Positions 20,528 to 30,229 are shown, counted from the stretch's first letter. The stretch is 64,000 nucleotides of DNA from an uncultured Chitinophagales bacterium (GCA_963932515.1 CAWVRT010000006.1:9305-73304), one strand, 5' to 3'. Translations and numbers: made by a program. The notes: generated by a model not told the origin, from the sequence alone.

Positions 20528-21733
20528 CTATTTCGATATTTCATCAACCAACTCTATCATTTTTTCTTTACTTACTTCAATATCTCTACTTACGCTTAAT
20601 ACAATACCAAAAGCTATACTTGTGAAAATAGTAGAACTTCCCCCCATACTTACTAATGGCAAGGTTAAACCTGTTACTGGCAATAAATTTACTGCTACGC
20701 CCATATTTATCATTGCTTGAATTACTAAACTCAATGCTAATGAAAAAGCTAATATTGCACCGAATGCTTTTGGTGCTTTTTTTATCATTAATGCTGTTCT
20801 AAACAAAAAGAACAGATATAAAAACAATACAAATATTCCACCAATTAAGCCATACTCTTCTATAATTATTACAAATATATAATCGGAATAAGCATGCGGT
20901 AAAAAATTCTTTTGCGTACTATTTCCTGGACCATTAGGAAAAATACCTCCTTTTGCAATAGCTATTTTGGCTTGAGTTACTTGATACGGCTCAGCACTTC
21001 TCAATACTTCTCCATCACCAAATACACTTGGAGCAAAAGCTATTATTCTACTTTTAGCTGTTCCTAAACGCCCTATATTTTTTATTTTATCTTCTGGTAA
21101 AGAAAACAACAAACTCACAAATATTACCAAACTTAAAATACAAATAACGAATAATCCTCCGATATACACCAAACTAACTCTACCAATAAATAGAATTAAA
21201 ACACTGGTTGCAAAAATCACCAAAGCGGTAGACATATCTTCTGGAGCAATTAATGCACAAATAATAAACACAGGAATAATCATTTTTCCAAAGCCTTCTT
21301 TAAAATCTTTTATAACATCTTGATTCTTAGAAAGCACTCGCGCCAAATACATTGTGAGTGCCAACTTTGCGAAATCTGATGTTTGCATAGTTAGATTAAT
21401 AACAGGTAAGGTTAACCATCTTTTAGCTTGATTGATATCTGTACCAAATGCTAAAGTAATGATCAAAAGAATAATACTACCGTAGTAAAATATCTGAGAA
21501 ATTCTAGAAAAATATTTGTAGTTAATCATATGTACAAGATAGATTGACACTAAACCGCCAAACATTAATATTAGCTGTTTTATTAAATAGAATTCTGTCT
21601 GCCCTCCTCTGGTTCTATAAGCCAAAGTACCCGTAGAACTATAAACAGCCAATAAAGAAAAGATAAACAATATCAATATTGTCCCCCAAATCCAGCGGTC
21701 ACCTTTTATGTTATTTTTTAGTTTATCAATCAC
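20528..21733 (-). CDS. ftsW: Lipid II flippase / peptidoglycan polymerase FtsW (SEDS family)
   Basis: 401 aa, about 10 TM, SEDS-type C-terminal PLVSMGGSS. GTG start. Flanked by unusually long gaps for this cluster (104 and 123 nt). Confidence 0.85.
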   Translation of the reverse strand: MIDKLKNNIKGDRWIWGTILILFIFSLLAVYSSTGTLAYRTRGGQTEFYLIKQLILMFGGLVSIYLVHMINYKYFSRISQIFYYGSIILLIITLAFGTDINQAKRWLTLPVINLTMQTSDFAKLALTMYLARVLSKNQDVIKDFKEGFGKMIIPVFIICALIAPEDMSTALVIFATSVLILFIGRVSLVYIGGLFVICILSLVIFVSLLFSLPEDKIKNIGRLGTAKSRIIAFAPSVFGDGEVLRSAEPYQVTQAKIAIAKGGIFPNGPGNSTQKNFLPHAYSDYIFVIIIEEYGLIGGIFVLFLYLFFLFRTALMIKKAPKAFGAILAFSLALSLVIQAMINMGVAVNLLPVTGLTLPLVSMGGSSTIFTSIAFGIVLSVSRDIEVSKEKMIELVDEISK

Positions 21734-21837
21734 TTTAACTATTTTTGTTTACACTTAACACAGACTTTATTATTCCCCCAAAGAGAGTTTTTTTTAGCCA
21801 ATTGCTTTCGCCCCTACATTCTTGACTTATAATTCTT

Positions 21838-23238
21838 TTACAGATTTTTCACTGCTGCTTTAAATTGAATTCCTCTATCTTCATAGTTTTCGAATAAATC
21901 GAAACTAGCGCAAGCTGGAGACAACATAATTGTATCGCCTTTGTCTGCAAAATGACTGGCAACTTTAACTGCTTCTTCCATAGATTGCGTATTGATAATT
22001 AAATCAGTATGCTTTGCAAAAGCTTTATGTAAGTTTCTATTATCTTTTCCTAAACAAATAATAGTATGTACTTTTTTAGAAACTAAATGCTCTAATACAC
22101 TGTATTCATTCCCTTTGTCTACGCCACCAGCTATCCAAACTAATGGAGTTTGAGCGCTTTCTAAGGCATACCATGTAGAATTTACATTTGTTGCTTTACT
22201 ATCGTTTACGAATTGAATTCCTCCAATTTTCAAGACTTTCTCCATTCTATGTTCTAGATTTTTGAAGTCTTGAAGACTTTCACGAATGTTACTTTTCTTT
22301 AGGTCTGTAGCTTTACCAACTATAGCTGCAGCCATTGAGTTGTAAATATTGTGCTGACCTACTAATCCTAATTTGTGTACTGGCATATCGAATGTTTTAT
22401 TGTTTTTTAGTTTTATATTTATTTCCAAATCATTAGAATTGGAAGAATTTTCTATTTGTGATAAAAAAGCACCTTCTGCAACTTTTTCTTTTATTGAAAA
22501 AGCAACTTGCTCAGCTTTAATTTTATTGTTTTTTAAATAAGCTACAGTAGCTTCATCATCTTCACAATAGATGAATAAATCTTCAGCAGTTTGATTTTTA
22601 GTGATTAAAAATTTTGAATTAATATAGTTTTCAAACTTGTAATCGTATCTATCTAAATGGTCTGGTGTGATGTTCATCAAAACAGCAATATTTGGTTTAA
22701 AAGCTGTAATATCATCCAATTGAAAGCTGCTGATTTCAATTACATAATAATCGTAATTTTCATTGGCTACTTGTAAAGCAAAACCAGAGCCAATATTACC
22801 GCCAAGACCTACATTTTTACCATCTTTTTTCAGTAACTCATAAATCATTGAAGTCACTGTTGTTTTTCCATTACTTCCTGTTATCGCAATGATAAAAGCA
22901 TTTGTATACCTTGAAGCAAATTCTATCTCAGAAATTATTTCAATCTCTTTTGCTTTAATCTTTTTTACGATTGACACTTTGTCAGAAATTCCAGGACTTT
23001 TAACGACTTCATTCGCAGTTAAAATTATTTCTTCAGAATGTTTCCCTTCCTCCCAATTAATATTATTATCAGCTAAAACTTTTGCATATCTTTCCTGCAC
23101 CATTCCACAGTCAGAAACAAAGACTTCAAAGCCTTGTTTTTGAGCTAAGATAGCTGCACCCACACCACTTTCTCCAGCACCTAATACTACAATTAGCCCT
23201 TTTTGAGTGTTGTTAAATATGTTGTTAGTTTTTTTCAT
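21838..23238 (-). CDS. murD: UDP-N-acetylmuramoylalanine--D-glutamate ligase
   Basis: VLGAGESGVGAA and TGSNGKTT motifs. Confidence 0.9.
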   Translation of the reverse strand: MKKTNNIFNNTQKGLIVVLGAGESGVGAAILAQKQGFEVFVSDCGMVQERYAKVLADNNINWEEGKHSEEIILTANEVVKSPGISDKVSIVKKIKAKEIEIISEIEFASRYTNAFIIAITGSNGKTTVTSMIYELLKKDGKNVGLGGNIGSGFALQVANENYDYYVIEISSFQLDDITAFKPNIAVLMNITPDHLDRYDYKFENYINSKFLITKNQTAEDLFIYCEDDEATVAYLKNNKIKAEQVAFSIKEKVAEGAFLSQIENSSNSNDLEINIKLKNNKTFDMPVHKLGLVGQHNIYNSMAAAIVGKATDLKKSNIRESLQDFKNLEHRMEKVLKIGGIQFVNDSKATNVNSTWYALESAQTPLVWIAGGVDKGNEYSVLEHLVSKKVHTIICLGKDNRNLHKAFAKHTDLIINTQSMEEAVKVASHFADKGDTIMLSPACASFDLFENYEDRGIQFKAAVKNL

Positions 23239-23262
23239 TACTTGCTTTTCGCTATTAGTTTT

Positions 23263-24519
23263 TTATCTTATTTTTAATGTTGCCATTGTTATTATTGCTA
23301 GTAGAATTCCTACTATAAAAAACCTTGTTACTATTTTACTTTCATGGTATCCAGATTTTTGGAAGTGATGATGTAAAGGAGCCATCTTAAAAATCCTTCT
23401 ACCTTCACCATATTTTTTCTTAGTATACTTAAACCAACTTACTTGCATTACTACAGATAAATTTTCTATCAAAAATATTCCTGCTAAAACGGGTAACATC
23501 CATTCTTTTCTTGCTATAATGGCCAATGAAGCAATAATTCCACCGATAGCTAAACTTCCAGTGTCGCCCATAAAAACTCTTGCTGGAAATGAGTTGTACC
23601 AAAGAAAACCTATTGTAGCACCAACAAATGCAGCAACAAAGACGCTTACTTCTCCTAAATTTGGAATATACATAACATTCAAATAATTGGCAAAAATGAT
23701 ATTTCCCGATATATAAATCAACGCAAAGAGTACTACTCCCATTATTGCCGAAGTTCCAGTAGCTAAACCATCTATTCCGTCGGTTAGGTTGGCACCATTT
23801 GAAACAGCCGTTATAATAAAAATAATAACAGCAATAAATAATATCCAAGCATAAGGTCTAGCACCTTCACCAAATAACATTACCAATGGTTTTTCATAGT
23901 TTATTTGTTGATTTTTAATGAAAGGAATTGTTGTAATAGGCGCATCAATTTTTGCCATATAATGTTCTCTTCCATCAAAAGATTTTACTGTTGAAATTTG
24001 CTCAACAGAAAAACGACTTACTACACTTTTAGAAATTTCTTTCTTTGCATAAACATCTGGATGAAAAAACATTAACGCACCAATTATTAAACCTAAAGAA
24101 ATTTGACCAAAAACTTTAAATTTCCCTGGCAAGCCTTTTTTGTCTTTTTTAAATATTTTAATGTAATCATCTATAAAACCAATAATTCCCATCCAAACAG
24201 TTGTTAAAATCATCATTTGAACATAAATGTTTGATAATTTGGCAAATAATAAAGTTGGAATTAAAATAGCTCCCAAAATCATTAATCCACCCATTGTTGG
24301 TGTTCCTTCTTTTTCTTTTTGCCCTGCCAAACCTAGATCTCTTACTGTTTCACCTACTTGAAGATTTCTCAACTTCTCAATAATTTTATGACCGAAGAGA
24401 ATCGTAATTATCAATGCCACAATAGCAGACAAGCCTGCCCTGAAAGACAAAAATCTAAATAGATGTTCTCCCGGAAAATCAAAGCTTTCGCTTAATATGT
24501 TTAGTAATTCGTAGATCAT
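23263..24519 (-). CDS. mraY: Phospho-N-acetylmuramoyl-pentapeptide transferase
   Basis: Polytopic, with [10 protein letters not shown] and [11 protein letters not shown] motifs. Confidence 0.9.
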   Translation of the reverse strand: MIYELLNILSESFDFPGEHLFRFLSFRAGLSAIVALIITILFGHKIIEKLRNLQVGETVRDLGLAGQKEKEGTPTMGGLMILGAILIPTLLFAKLSNIYVQMMILTTVWMGIIGFIDDYIKIFKKDKKGLPGKFKVFGQISLGLIIGALMFFHPDVYAKKEISKSVVSRFSVEQISTVKSFDGREHYMAKIDAPITTIPFIKNQQINYEKPLVMLFGEGARPYAWILFIAVIIFIITAVSNGANLTDGIDGLATGTSAIMGVVLFALIYISGNIIFANYLNVMYIPNLGEVSVFVAAFVGATIGFLWYNSFPARVFMGDTGSLAIGGIIASLAIIARKEWMLPVLAGIFLIENLSVVMQVSWFKYTKKKYGEGRRIFKMAPLHHHFQKSGYHESKIVTRFFIVGILLAIITMATLKIR

Positions 24520-24556
24520 TTTTTTTATTTTTTTACTGTTAAATTCTGGCTTCTAG

Positions 24557-26023
24557 CTATCTATTCAATTCTTTAAATACATTTTTTACTTTTTCTTTAT
24601 CATCAAAAGGGTGTTTAGCTCCGCTTACCTCTTGATATTTTTCGTGACCTTTTCCTGCAATTAGAATAATATCTTTTTCTTCTGCCAACATGCAAGCCGT
24701 TTTAATTGCTTCTCCTCTATTCGCAATAGATAAAACTTTTCTTTTTTCAGTTAGCGCAACTCCTACTTGCATTTCTTGAATAATTACATCTGGCTCTTCT
24801 GTTCTTGGATTGTCTGATGTTAAGATGACTTTATCAGAAAACCTGCAAGCAATAGCAGCCATTAATGGTCTTTTGGTAACATCTCTATCACCACCACAAC
24901 CAACGACAGTGATTACTTTATTTTCTCTTGTTTTGATTTTATTTATTGTTTCTAAAACATTTTTTAAAGCATCTGGCGTATGTGCATAATCTACAATAGC
25001 CACTATTTTATCATTTTCAGAAATTGAATATTCAAATCTTCCTTCTGCCCCAACCAAAGTACTCAACGCAACTAGTACTTCCATATTATCGGCATCCAAC
25101 AACATCGCTGTAGCGTAAACTGATAGTAAATTATAAGCGTTAAAATCTCCAATTAATTTAGTGTGAATTTCTGTTCCATCAATATTTACTAGCATTCCAG
25201 AAAAATCTGTTTCTAAAATTCTAATAGTAAAATCAGCTTCAGACTTTAAAGCGTAAGTGTATTTCTTAGCTTTTGTGTTTTGAGGAATAATTATCCCATT
25301 TTTTTCATCCGCATTGACTAATGAAAAAGCATACTTAGGTAAATTATCAAACAATAACTTTTTAGCATTTAAATAATCTCTAAAAGTTTTATGATAATCT
25401 AAATGATCATGTGTAAGATTTGTAAAAATTGCTCCGTCAAAATCAAGTCCATACGTTCTATTTTGATGAATAGCATGAGAACTTGCTTCCATAAAAGCAT
25501 AATCACACCCTGCCTTTACCATTTTTGCTAACAACTCATTTAAAGCAATAGCATTTGGTGTAGTATGAGTAGCTGGAATTATTTCATCTCCAATTTTATT
25601 TTCTACCGTAGAAAGTAAACCAACTTTATAACCTAACTTTTCGTACAACTTAAATAAAAGAGTGACTACTGAAGTTTTTCCATTTGTTCCTGTAACAGCA
25701 ACAAGTGTTAAATTTGAAGATGGGTTATCATAGAAATTTGAAGCAATAATTGCAATCGCTTGTGAACTATTTTTTACGACTACATAAGTAATTTCATCTA
25801 ATAATATTTTAGGTAAAACTTCACAAACTACCGCAACAGCACCTTTAGAAATTGCACTTTGAATATATTGATGGCCATCAGTTGTAAAACCATTAATTGC
25901 CACAAATAGATCATTCTCCTTTATTTCTAAAGAATTCAAATACAAAGCATTTATCCCTAATTCGGTATTACCGATTACTTGAGATGTTTTCACTGTATAT
26001 AATATGTCTTTTAATAATTTCAT
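24557..26023 (-). CDS. murE: UDP-N-acetylmuramoyl-L-alanyl-D-glutamate--2,6-diaminopimelate ligase
   Basis: TGTNGKTS P-loop and the DNPRTE motif typical of mDAP-adding enzymes. The track start at 26026 is TTG. The adjacent ATG (26021-26023) is preferred. Confidence 0.9.
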   Translation of the reverse strand: MKLLKDILYTVKTSQVIGNTELGINALYLNSLEIKENDLFVAINGFTTDGHQYIQSAISKGAVAVVCEVLPKILLDEITYVVVKNSSQAIAIIASNFYDNPSSNLTLVAVTGTNGKTSVVTLLFKLYEKLGYKVGLLSTVENKIGDEIIPATHTTPNAIALNELLAKMVKAGCDYAFMEASSHAIHQNRTYGLDFDGAIFTNLTHDHLDYHKTFRDYLNAKKLLFDNLPKYAFSLVNADEKNGIIIPQNTKAKKYTYALKSEADFTIRILETDFSGMLVNIDGTEIHTKLIGDFNAYNLLSVYATAMLLDADNMEVLVALSTLVGAEGRFEYSISENDKIVAIVDYAHTPDALKNVLETINKIKTRENKVITVVGCGGDRDVTKRPLMAAIACRFSDKVILTSDNPRTEEPDVIIQEMQVGVALTEKRKVLSIANRGEAIKTACMLAEEKDIILIAGKGHEKYQEVSGAKHPFDDKEKVKNVFKELNR

Positions 26024-26047
26024 CAATTAATTATCTATATTTTAATT

Positions 26048-28147
26048 TTATAAGTCTAATTCTAAAGCAACCTTTTGTCCTTTTAGGATACTTTCTCCTA
26101 TATCAATAGATTGTGTTGTAACTTTCCCTTCTCCTGTATATCTTATTTTTAATCCTTTATTTTCTAATACATAAAATGCATCTTTCAAATCCATACCGAC
26201 TACATTTGGCATCAAATTTTCTAACAATGGATTAGCTTTTTGAGATAAAGAGTTGTTTTTCTTTATAATCGTTCCAAAATCAATTCCTTTCTCTTTATGA
26301 AAAGAATATCCTAAAGAATTATAGATAGCTTCGGCATCCGATGCAATTACATTTCCCAATAAAGGCAAACCATTTCCTGCGTACATTGTTTGTTCTAAAG
26401 GTTTCTGCATGTTAAAATCATTGGCAGAAATCTTATTAGCTATTTCTCCAAAAACTGGTGCAGAAACTTGACTTCCATAAAAACTTCCATTTCTAGGGTT
26501 ATTAATAACTACAATACAAGAATATTTAGGATTTTCAGCCGGAAAAAACCCTGCGAAACTTGCCTGATAAATCTTATCTCTATAGTTTGTTTTTTTATTA
26601 GCAATCTGACTTGTTCCAGTCTTTCCTGCCATGCTAACATTTTTAGATCTTATATTTTTAGCGGTACCTTTTTCAACTACATTTTTCAGCATTTCCCTTA
26701 AACTGATAGCTGTGCTTTCACTAACAATATGCTTATCTATTACAGTTGGGTTAAATTGTTCAATAACATGGTCATATTCTTTTATAGAAGAAACTAAAAA
26801 AGGCTTCATCATTACTCCGTTATTAGCAATTGCATTGTAAAAAGCTAAAATCTGAATTGGCGTAAATTGTACTTCATAACCAATAGCCATCCAAGGAAGC
26901 GAAACCATACTCCACCCTTTTGGTGGATGAATAACAGGGTTTGCTTCGCCGGTAATTTCAATTCCTACAGGGTTATTTAAGTGGAAAGACAGTAATTTAT
27001 CGTAGAATTTTTGTCTCTTCGTGTAGTAATACTTATTGACCAATTTAGAAATTCCCACATTAGAAGAAGTCTCAAAAGCTCTACTTAATGTTATCGTATC
27101 TTTTTCAGGTTTATGAGAATCTTTCATAAATCTATCTGCAAATTGTTTTCTTCCACCTTCAAGATCTACCATGTCGCTAGGTTTTACAAAACCATCATCT
27201 ATCAAAGCAGCTAAAGACACCAATTTAAAAGTAGACCCAGGCTCCGTAGCTTCTCCTACAGCATAATTATAACCTTCAATATATTTATCAGAACTTTTAT
27301 TATAAGTAAGGTTTGAAATTGCTTTAATCTTTCCTGTACTAACTTCCATTAACACCGCACTTCCATGATCTGCATTATTATTTCTTAAAGATTTAACCAA
27401 AGCACTTTCTACTAAATCTTGCATATTTACATCAATAGTTAAATACACATCTTGACCTGTTTGCGGCTCAACATCATCTTTTCCATTTAAAGGGATATAA
27501 GTGTTACTACCAATTTTTTGAACTAACACTCTTCCTTTTACGCCTTTTAAGTAACTATCAAATTTCCCTTCGATTCCTACTTTAACTTTCCCTTCATCTC
27601 TTACGTAACCAATCGTTCTATGCGCCAACATCCCAAAAGGATTTTTCCTTTCATTTTTTTGAAGAACAATCATTCCAGACTTATACCTTCCTTCTCTAAA
27701 AAAAGGCCATTTTTTCATAGATTGTAACTGAGGATATTTTACATTTCTTTTAACTAAATAATATCTATTCCCTTTTACTCTATTTTTAATTAACTCTCTT
27801 TTGTACGCTGCTTTTGATTTATTACCAATAACCTGCGCAAACATTATCGCTAAAGAATCTACATTTTTATTGAAAACTGAATCTCTAATTGCTTCAGATC
27901 TAAAATCCATTCTCACTTCAAAAAATGGTAATGAAGTAGATAACAAATCTCCATTTTCAGAATAAATATTCCCTCTTTCTGGTTCTATTGTTTTAGAAAA
28001 AACATTTAAGCTATCCGATAAATTACGTAACGCTTCTCCCTGAACAATCTGAATAGAAGCAGCCTTAAATACAATAGCCCCTCCGAATATTGCCAATAGC
28101 AACATTGCGAACCAAACACGCCATATTATTTCTTTCTTCTTATTCAC
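26048..28147 (-). CDS. ftsI: Penicillin-binding protein 3-type transpeptidase FtsI with a C-terminal PASTA domain
   Basis: STFK, SSN and KTGT active-site motifs. C-terminal PASTA-like MPNVVGMDLKDAFYVLENKGLKI. GTG start. Confidence 0.9.
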   Translation of the reverse strand: MNKKKEIIWRVWFAMLLLAIFGGAIVFKAASIQIVQGEALRNLSDSLNVFSKTIEPERGNIYSENGDLLSTSLPFFEVRMDFRSEAIRDSVFNKNVDSLAIMFAQVIGNKSKAAYKRELIKNRVKGNRYYLVKRNVKYPQLQSMKKWPFFREGRYKSGMIVLQKNERKNPFGMLAHRTIGYVRDEGKVKVGIEGKFDSYLKGVKGRVLVQKIGSNTYIPLNGKDDVEPQTGQDVYLTIDVNMQDLVESALVKSLRNNNADHGSAVLMEVSTGKIKAISNLTYNKSSDKYIEGYNYAVGEATEPGSTFKLVSLAALIDDGFVKPSDMVDLEGGRKQFADRFMKDSHKPEKDTITLSRAFETSSNVGISKLVNKYYYTKRQKFYDKLLSFHLNNPVGIEITGEANPVIHPPKGWSMVSLPWMAIGYEVQFTPIQILAFYNAIANNGVMMKPFLVSSIKEYDHVIEQFNPTVIDKHIVSESTAISLREMLKNVVEKGTAKNIRSKNVSMAGKTGTSQIANKKTNYRDKIYQASFAGFFPAENPKYSCIVVINNPRNGSFYGSQVSAPVFGEIANKISANDFNMQKPLEQTMYAGNGLPLLGNVIASDAEAIYNSLGYSFHKEKGIDFGTIIKKNNSLSQKANPLLENLMPNVVGMDLKDAFYVLENKGLKIRYTGEGKVTTQSIDIGESILKGQKVALELDL

Positions 28148-28181
28148 TTTTTTAGATATTATCTCTTTACTTTTTTATTAT

Positions 28182-28520
28182 TTATTCTTTTTCAATTATT
28201 ATTTTACTTGGAGCATTTTCAGATTCTTTTAAACCCATCTCTTTTACCATTTTAGCTACTTCACTTTGTTTACTCTTAAACATTAATTCAGATTTTGAAG
28301 TCATATACATCCACCTCAACTCTTTCAATTCTGTTTCTAATTTATTTATCTGCCTTACTTTTTTCTCAATTCTATGATTATTGGCAACATGTAGAATAGC
28401 TAATACTGAAACCAAAAAAAGCAAAGGCAAATTGTTGAAAATATTCTTTTCATCAAATTTCACCATCTTTTTGAGCCTCTCCACAAAGGACTCTTTTGCT
28501 ATATTTTCTTCTTGACTCAC
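28182..28520 (-). CDS. ftsL: FtsL-like small bitopic division protein
   Basis: 112 aa, one TM (LPLLFLVSVLAILHV) followed by a coiled coil. Position between rsmH and ftsI. GTG start. Confidence 0.6.
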   Translation of the reverse strand: MSQEENIAKESFVERLKKMVKFDEKNIFNNLPLLFLVSVLAILHVANNHRIEKKVRQINKLETELKELRWMYMTSKSELMFKSKQSEVAKMVKEMGLKESENAPSKIIIEKE

Positions 28521-28526
28521 TTTTTG

Positions 28527-29438
28527 TTATTGTTTTATAGCTACTCTTAATTTTGCACTTCTACTTCTATTATTTACTGACAATTCTTCTTTACCAACTT
28601 CTATTGGTTTTTTATTGAGCAACTTAAATGGCTTAGTTGTTGTACCGAACATATCAACCGCTAATTTTCCTTCAAAATTCCCAGCTTTCATAAAGTTTTT
28701 CACAATTCTATCTTCTAGTGAGTGAAAAGTCATGATTACCAATCGCCCTCCAACTGCTAACACCTCCAAACTTTGCTTTAACATTTCTTTTAAAGCACCC
28801 ATCTCATCATTTACCTCTATTCTTAAAGCTTGAAAAACTTGTGCTAAATATCTATTTCTTTTTCCGATCACAAAACTGTCTAAGAAAGAAATGAAATTCA
28901 TCGTTGTATTAAATTTTACACCATTCTTTCTAGCCTTAATTATCTCTCTAGCTAATTTTTTTGTGTTTCTAACCTCTCCGTAAGTAGAAAACATACCAAC
29001 TAAATCTTCTTCTTGATAAGTATTTAAAATATCCGCAGCTGTTAGACTCATCGTCTGATTCATTCTCATATCTAAAGGGCCATCAAAACGAATAGAAAAA
29101 CCTTTAGTTCCTTCATCTATTTGATAAGAACTAATGCCTAAATCAGCTAAAATTCCATTTACAGGCATTTGCTTATGAAACTTCAAAAATCTTTTTAAGT
29201 GTCTGAAATTATGATTTACGAAAATCAAATTATTAGATTCTGGAATATTGTTTAGTGCATCATCATCCTGATCGAAACCTATTAATTTTCCATCTTCTAG
29301 ATGCTTTAAGATTTCAGAAGAGTGTCCTCCACCACCAAAAGTTACATCAACATAAACTCCATTTGAAACTATATTTAGTGCTTCAATACATTCATTGAGC
29401 ATTACAGATATGTGATAATTATTATTCTCCGTCATCAT
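28527..29438 (-). CDS. rsmH: 16S rRNA (cytosine1402-N4)-methyltransferase
   Basis: HISVMLNE...YVDVTFGGGGHS motif. Second gene of the dcw cluster. Confidence 0.9.
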   Translation of the reverse strand: MMTENNNYHISVMLNECIEALNIVSNGVYVDVTFGGGGHSSEILKHLEDGKLIGFDQDDDALNNIPESNNLIFVNHNFRHLKRFLKFHKQMPVNGILADLGISSYQIDEGTKGFSIRFDGPLDMRMNQTMSLTAADILNTYQEEDLVGMFSTYGEVRNTKKLAREIIKARKNGVKFNTTMNFISFLDSFVIGKRNRYLAQVFQALRIEVNDEMGALKEMLKQSLEVLAVGGRLVIMTFHSLEDRIVKNFMKAGNFEGKLAVDMFGTTTKPFKLLNKKPIEVGKEELSVNNRSRSAKLRVAIKQ

Positions 29439-29889
29439 TCCCTAGATCTATGTCACCTAAAACGCTTTCTGCTAAATCTGCAAAATCATCTGAATCGAAA
29501 TCCATTTCTGCTTCATAACGTTTTTTGTTCCAAAGTTCAAGGGTATGTTTACCTGGAGTAAGTATGGCTTCAGACTGAATGTCTGCATACTGCAAAAGGT
29601 GTTTAGGAATATTTATTCTACCAGCAGAGTCTAAAACCAATTCCGTTGCACCAGCCAAAAAAGATCTTACGAACTTTCTATTCTGCTTATTAAACGTATT
29701 TAGCTTTTCAACTTTCGCTCTTGTTTTTTCCCAAACATCAAAAGGATAAATCTGTAAGGTGCTTTCGAAACCTCTATTAACAACAAAACGTCCGTTAGCA
29801 GTTGGATTCAATTGTTTTTTGATTCCCGCTGGCAAACGCATACGTCCTTTGCTATCAATTTTTATTTCATGTTCTCCTAAAAAACTCAT
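29422..29889 (-). CDS. mraZ: Transcriptional regulator MraZ
   Basis: 155 aa. Duplicated SpoVT/AbrB-like halves with DSKGRMRLP and DSAGRINIP. First gene of the dcw cluster. Confidence 0.9.
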   Translation of the reverse strand: MSFLGEHEIKIDSKGRMRLPAGIKKQLNPTANGRFVVNRGFESTLQIYPFDVWEKTRAKVEKLNTFNKQNRKFVRSFLAGATELVLDSAGRINIPKHLLQYADIQSEAILTPGKHTLELWNKKRYEAEMDFDSDDFADLAESVLGDIDLGNDDGE

Positions 29890-29922
29890 CTTTTCTTATA
29901 ACACACTTTCATGTCTTGGACA

Positions 29923-29930
29923 CAAAAATA
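29923..29930 (-). promoter_or_regulatory. Candidate -7 box TATTTTTG of the dcw (mraZ) promoter
   Basis: Exact TAnnTTTG on the minus strand, about 33 nt upstream of the mraZ ATG. I could not find a well-spaced -33 TTTG (the nearest CAAA on the plus strand is at 29955-29958). Confidence 0.4.
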
Positions 29931-29961
29931 TACATTTTATTTAAATATTGAATACAAATTT

Positions 29962-29995
29962 CCACTATTTCCCACTTTATAACACTATTTCCCAC
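29962..29995 (-). promoter_or_regulatory. Probable MraZ operator: four direct GTG(G/T) boxes at exact 10-bp spacing
   Basis: The minus strand reads GGTGGGAAATAGTGTTATAAAGTGGGAAATAGTGG. GTG cores start at 29995, 29985, 29975 and 29965. On the plus strand this is a 20-bp duplication, (C/A)CACTATTTCCCAC. Confidence 0.6.
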
Positions 29996-30002
29996 CAATT
30001 AA

Positions 30003-30133
30003 TTATACACAGTATTGCTATGTACTGTGGAAAACTATGGTGCCGGATGTTTATTGCAGTGTGGATTGATGTTAATTAAATACGACATCCCTTTGTTAGA
30101 CTATCTTTCCCAGTGTTAATATGGTTATACACA
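30003..30133. promoter_or_regulatory. Cluster of DnaA-box-like 9-mers (function unproven)
   Basis: TTATACACA at 30003-30011 and at 30125-30133 are both perfect matches to TTATNCACA. TGTGGAAAA at 30026-30034 is 8/9 on the opposite strand. TGTGGATTG at 30060-30068 is 7/9. Confidence 0.3.
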
Positions 30134-30202
30134 AAAAGGAGAAATAATTAATTATTTTACGAATAGTTGGAATTAGATGATGGGAATTATTTCCAAAAAA
30201 TC

Positions 30203-30210
30203 TACATTTG
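30203..30210 (+). promoter_or_regulatory. Candidate -7 box TACATTTG for the nucleosidase gene
   Basis: Exact TAnnTTTG, 20 nt before the ATG at 30230. Confidence 0.45.
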
Positions 30211-30229
30211 AGTCAGATTTTAACACTTT

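Noticed and set aside
23429-23848. 139-aa Cys/Tyr/Trp-rich ORF on the same strand as mraY, in another frame
   Set aside because: It lies entirely inside a well-supported mraY CDS. The odd composition is what a frameshifted reading of hydrophobic codons produces. It has no independent start context.
30027-30064. Plus-strand GTGG motifs (GTGGAAAACTATGGTG, CAGTGTGG) as a divergent second MraZ array
   Set aside because: Spacings are 13 and about 20 nt, not 10-bp phased, and the motifs are in the opposite orientation. They are kept only as DnaA-box-like matches in the separate finding.
29911-30150. Small ORFs in the mraZ upstream spacer (for example MSWTQKYTFYLNIEYKFPLFPTL from 29911 and MYCGKLWCRMFIAVWIDVN from 30020)
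   Set aside because: They are very short, have no promoter box in front, and overlap the regulatory repeats. There is nothing to support them as coding.
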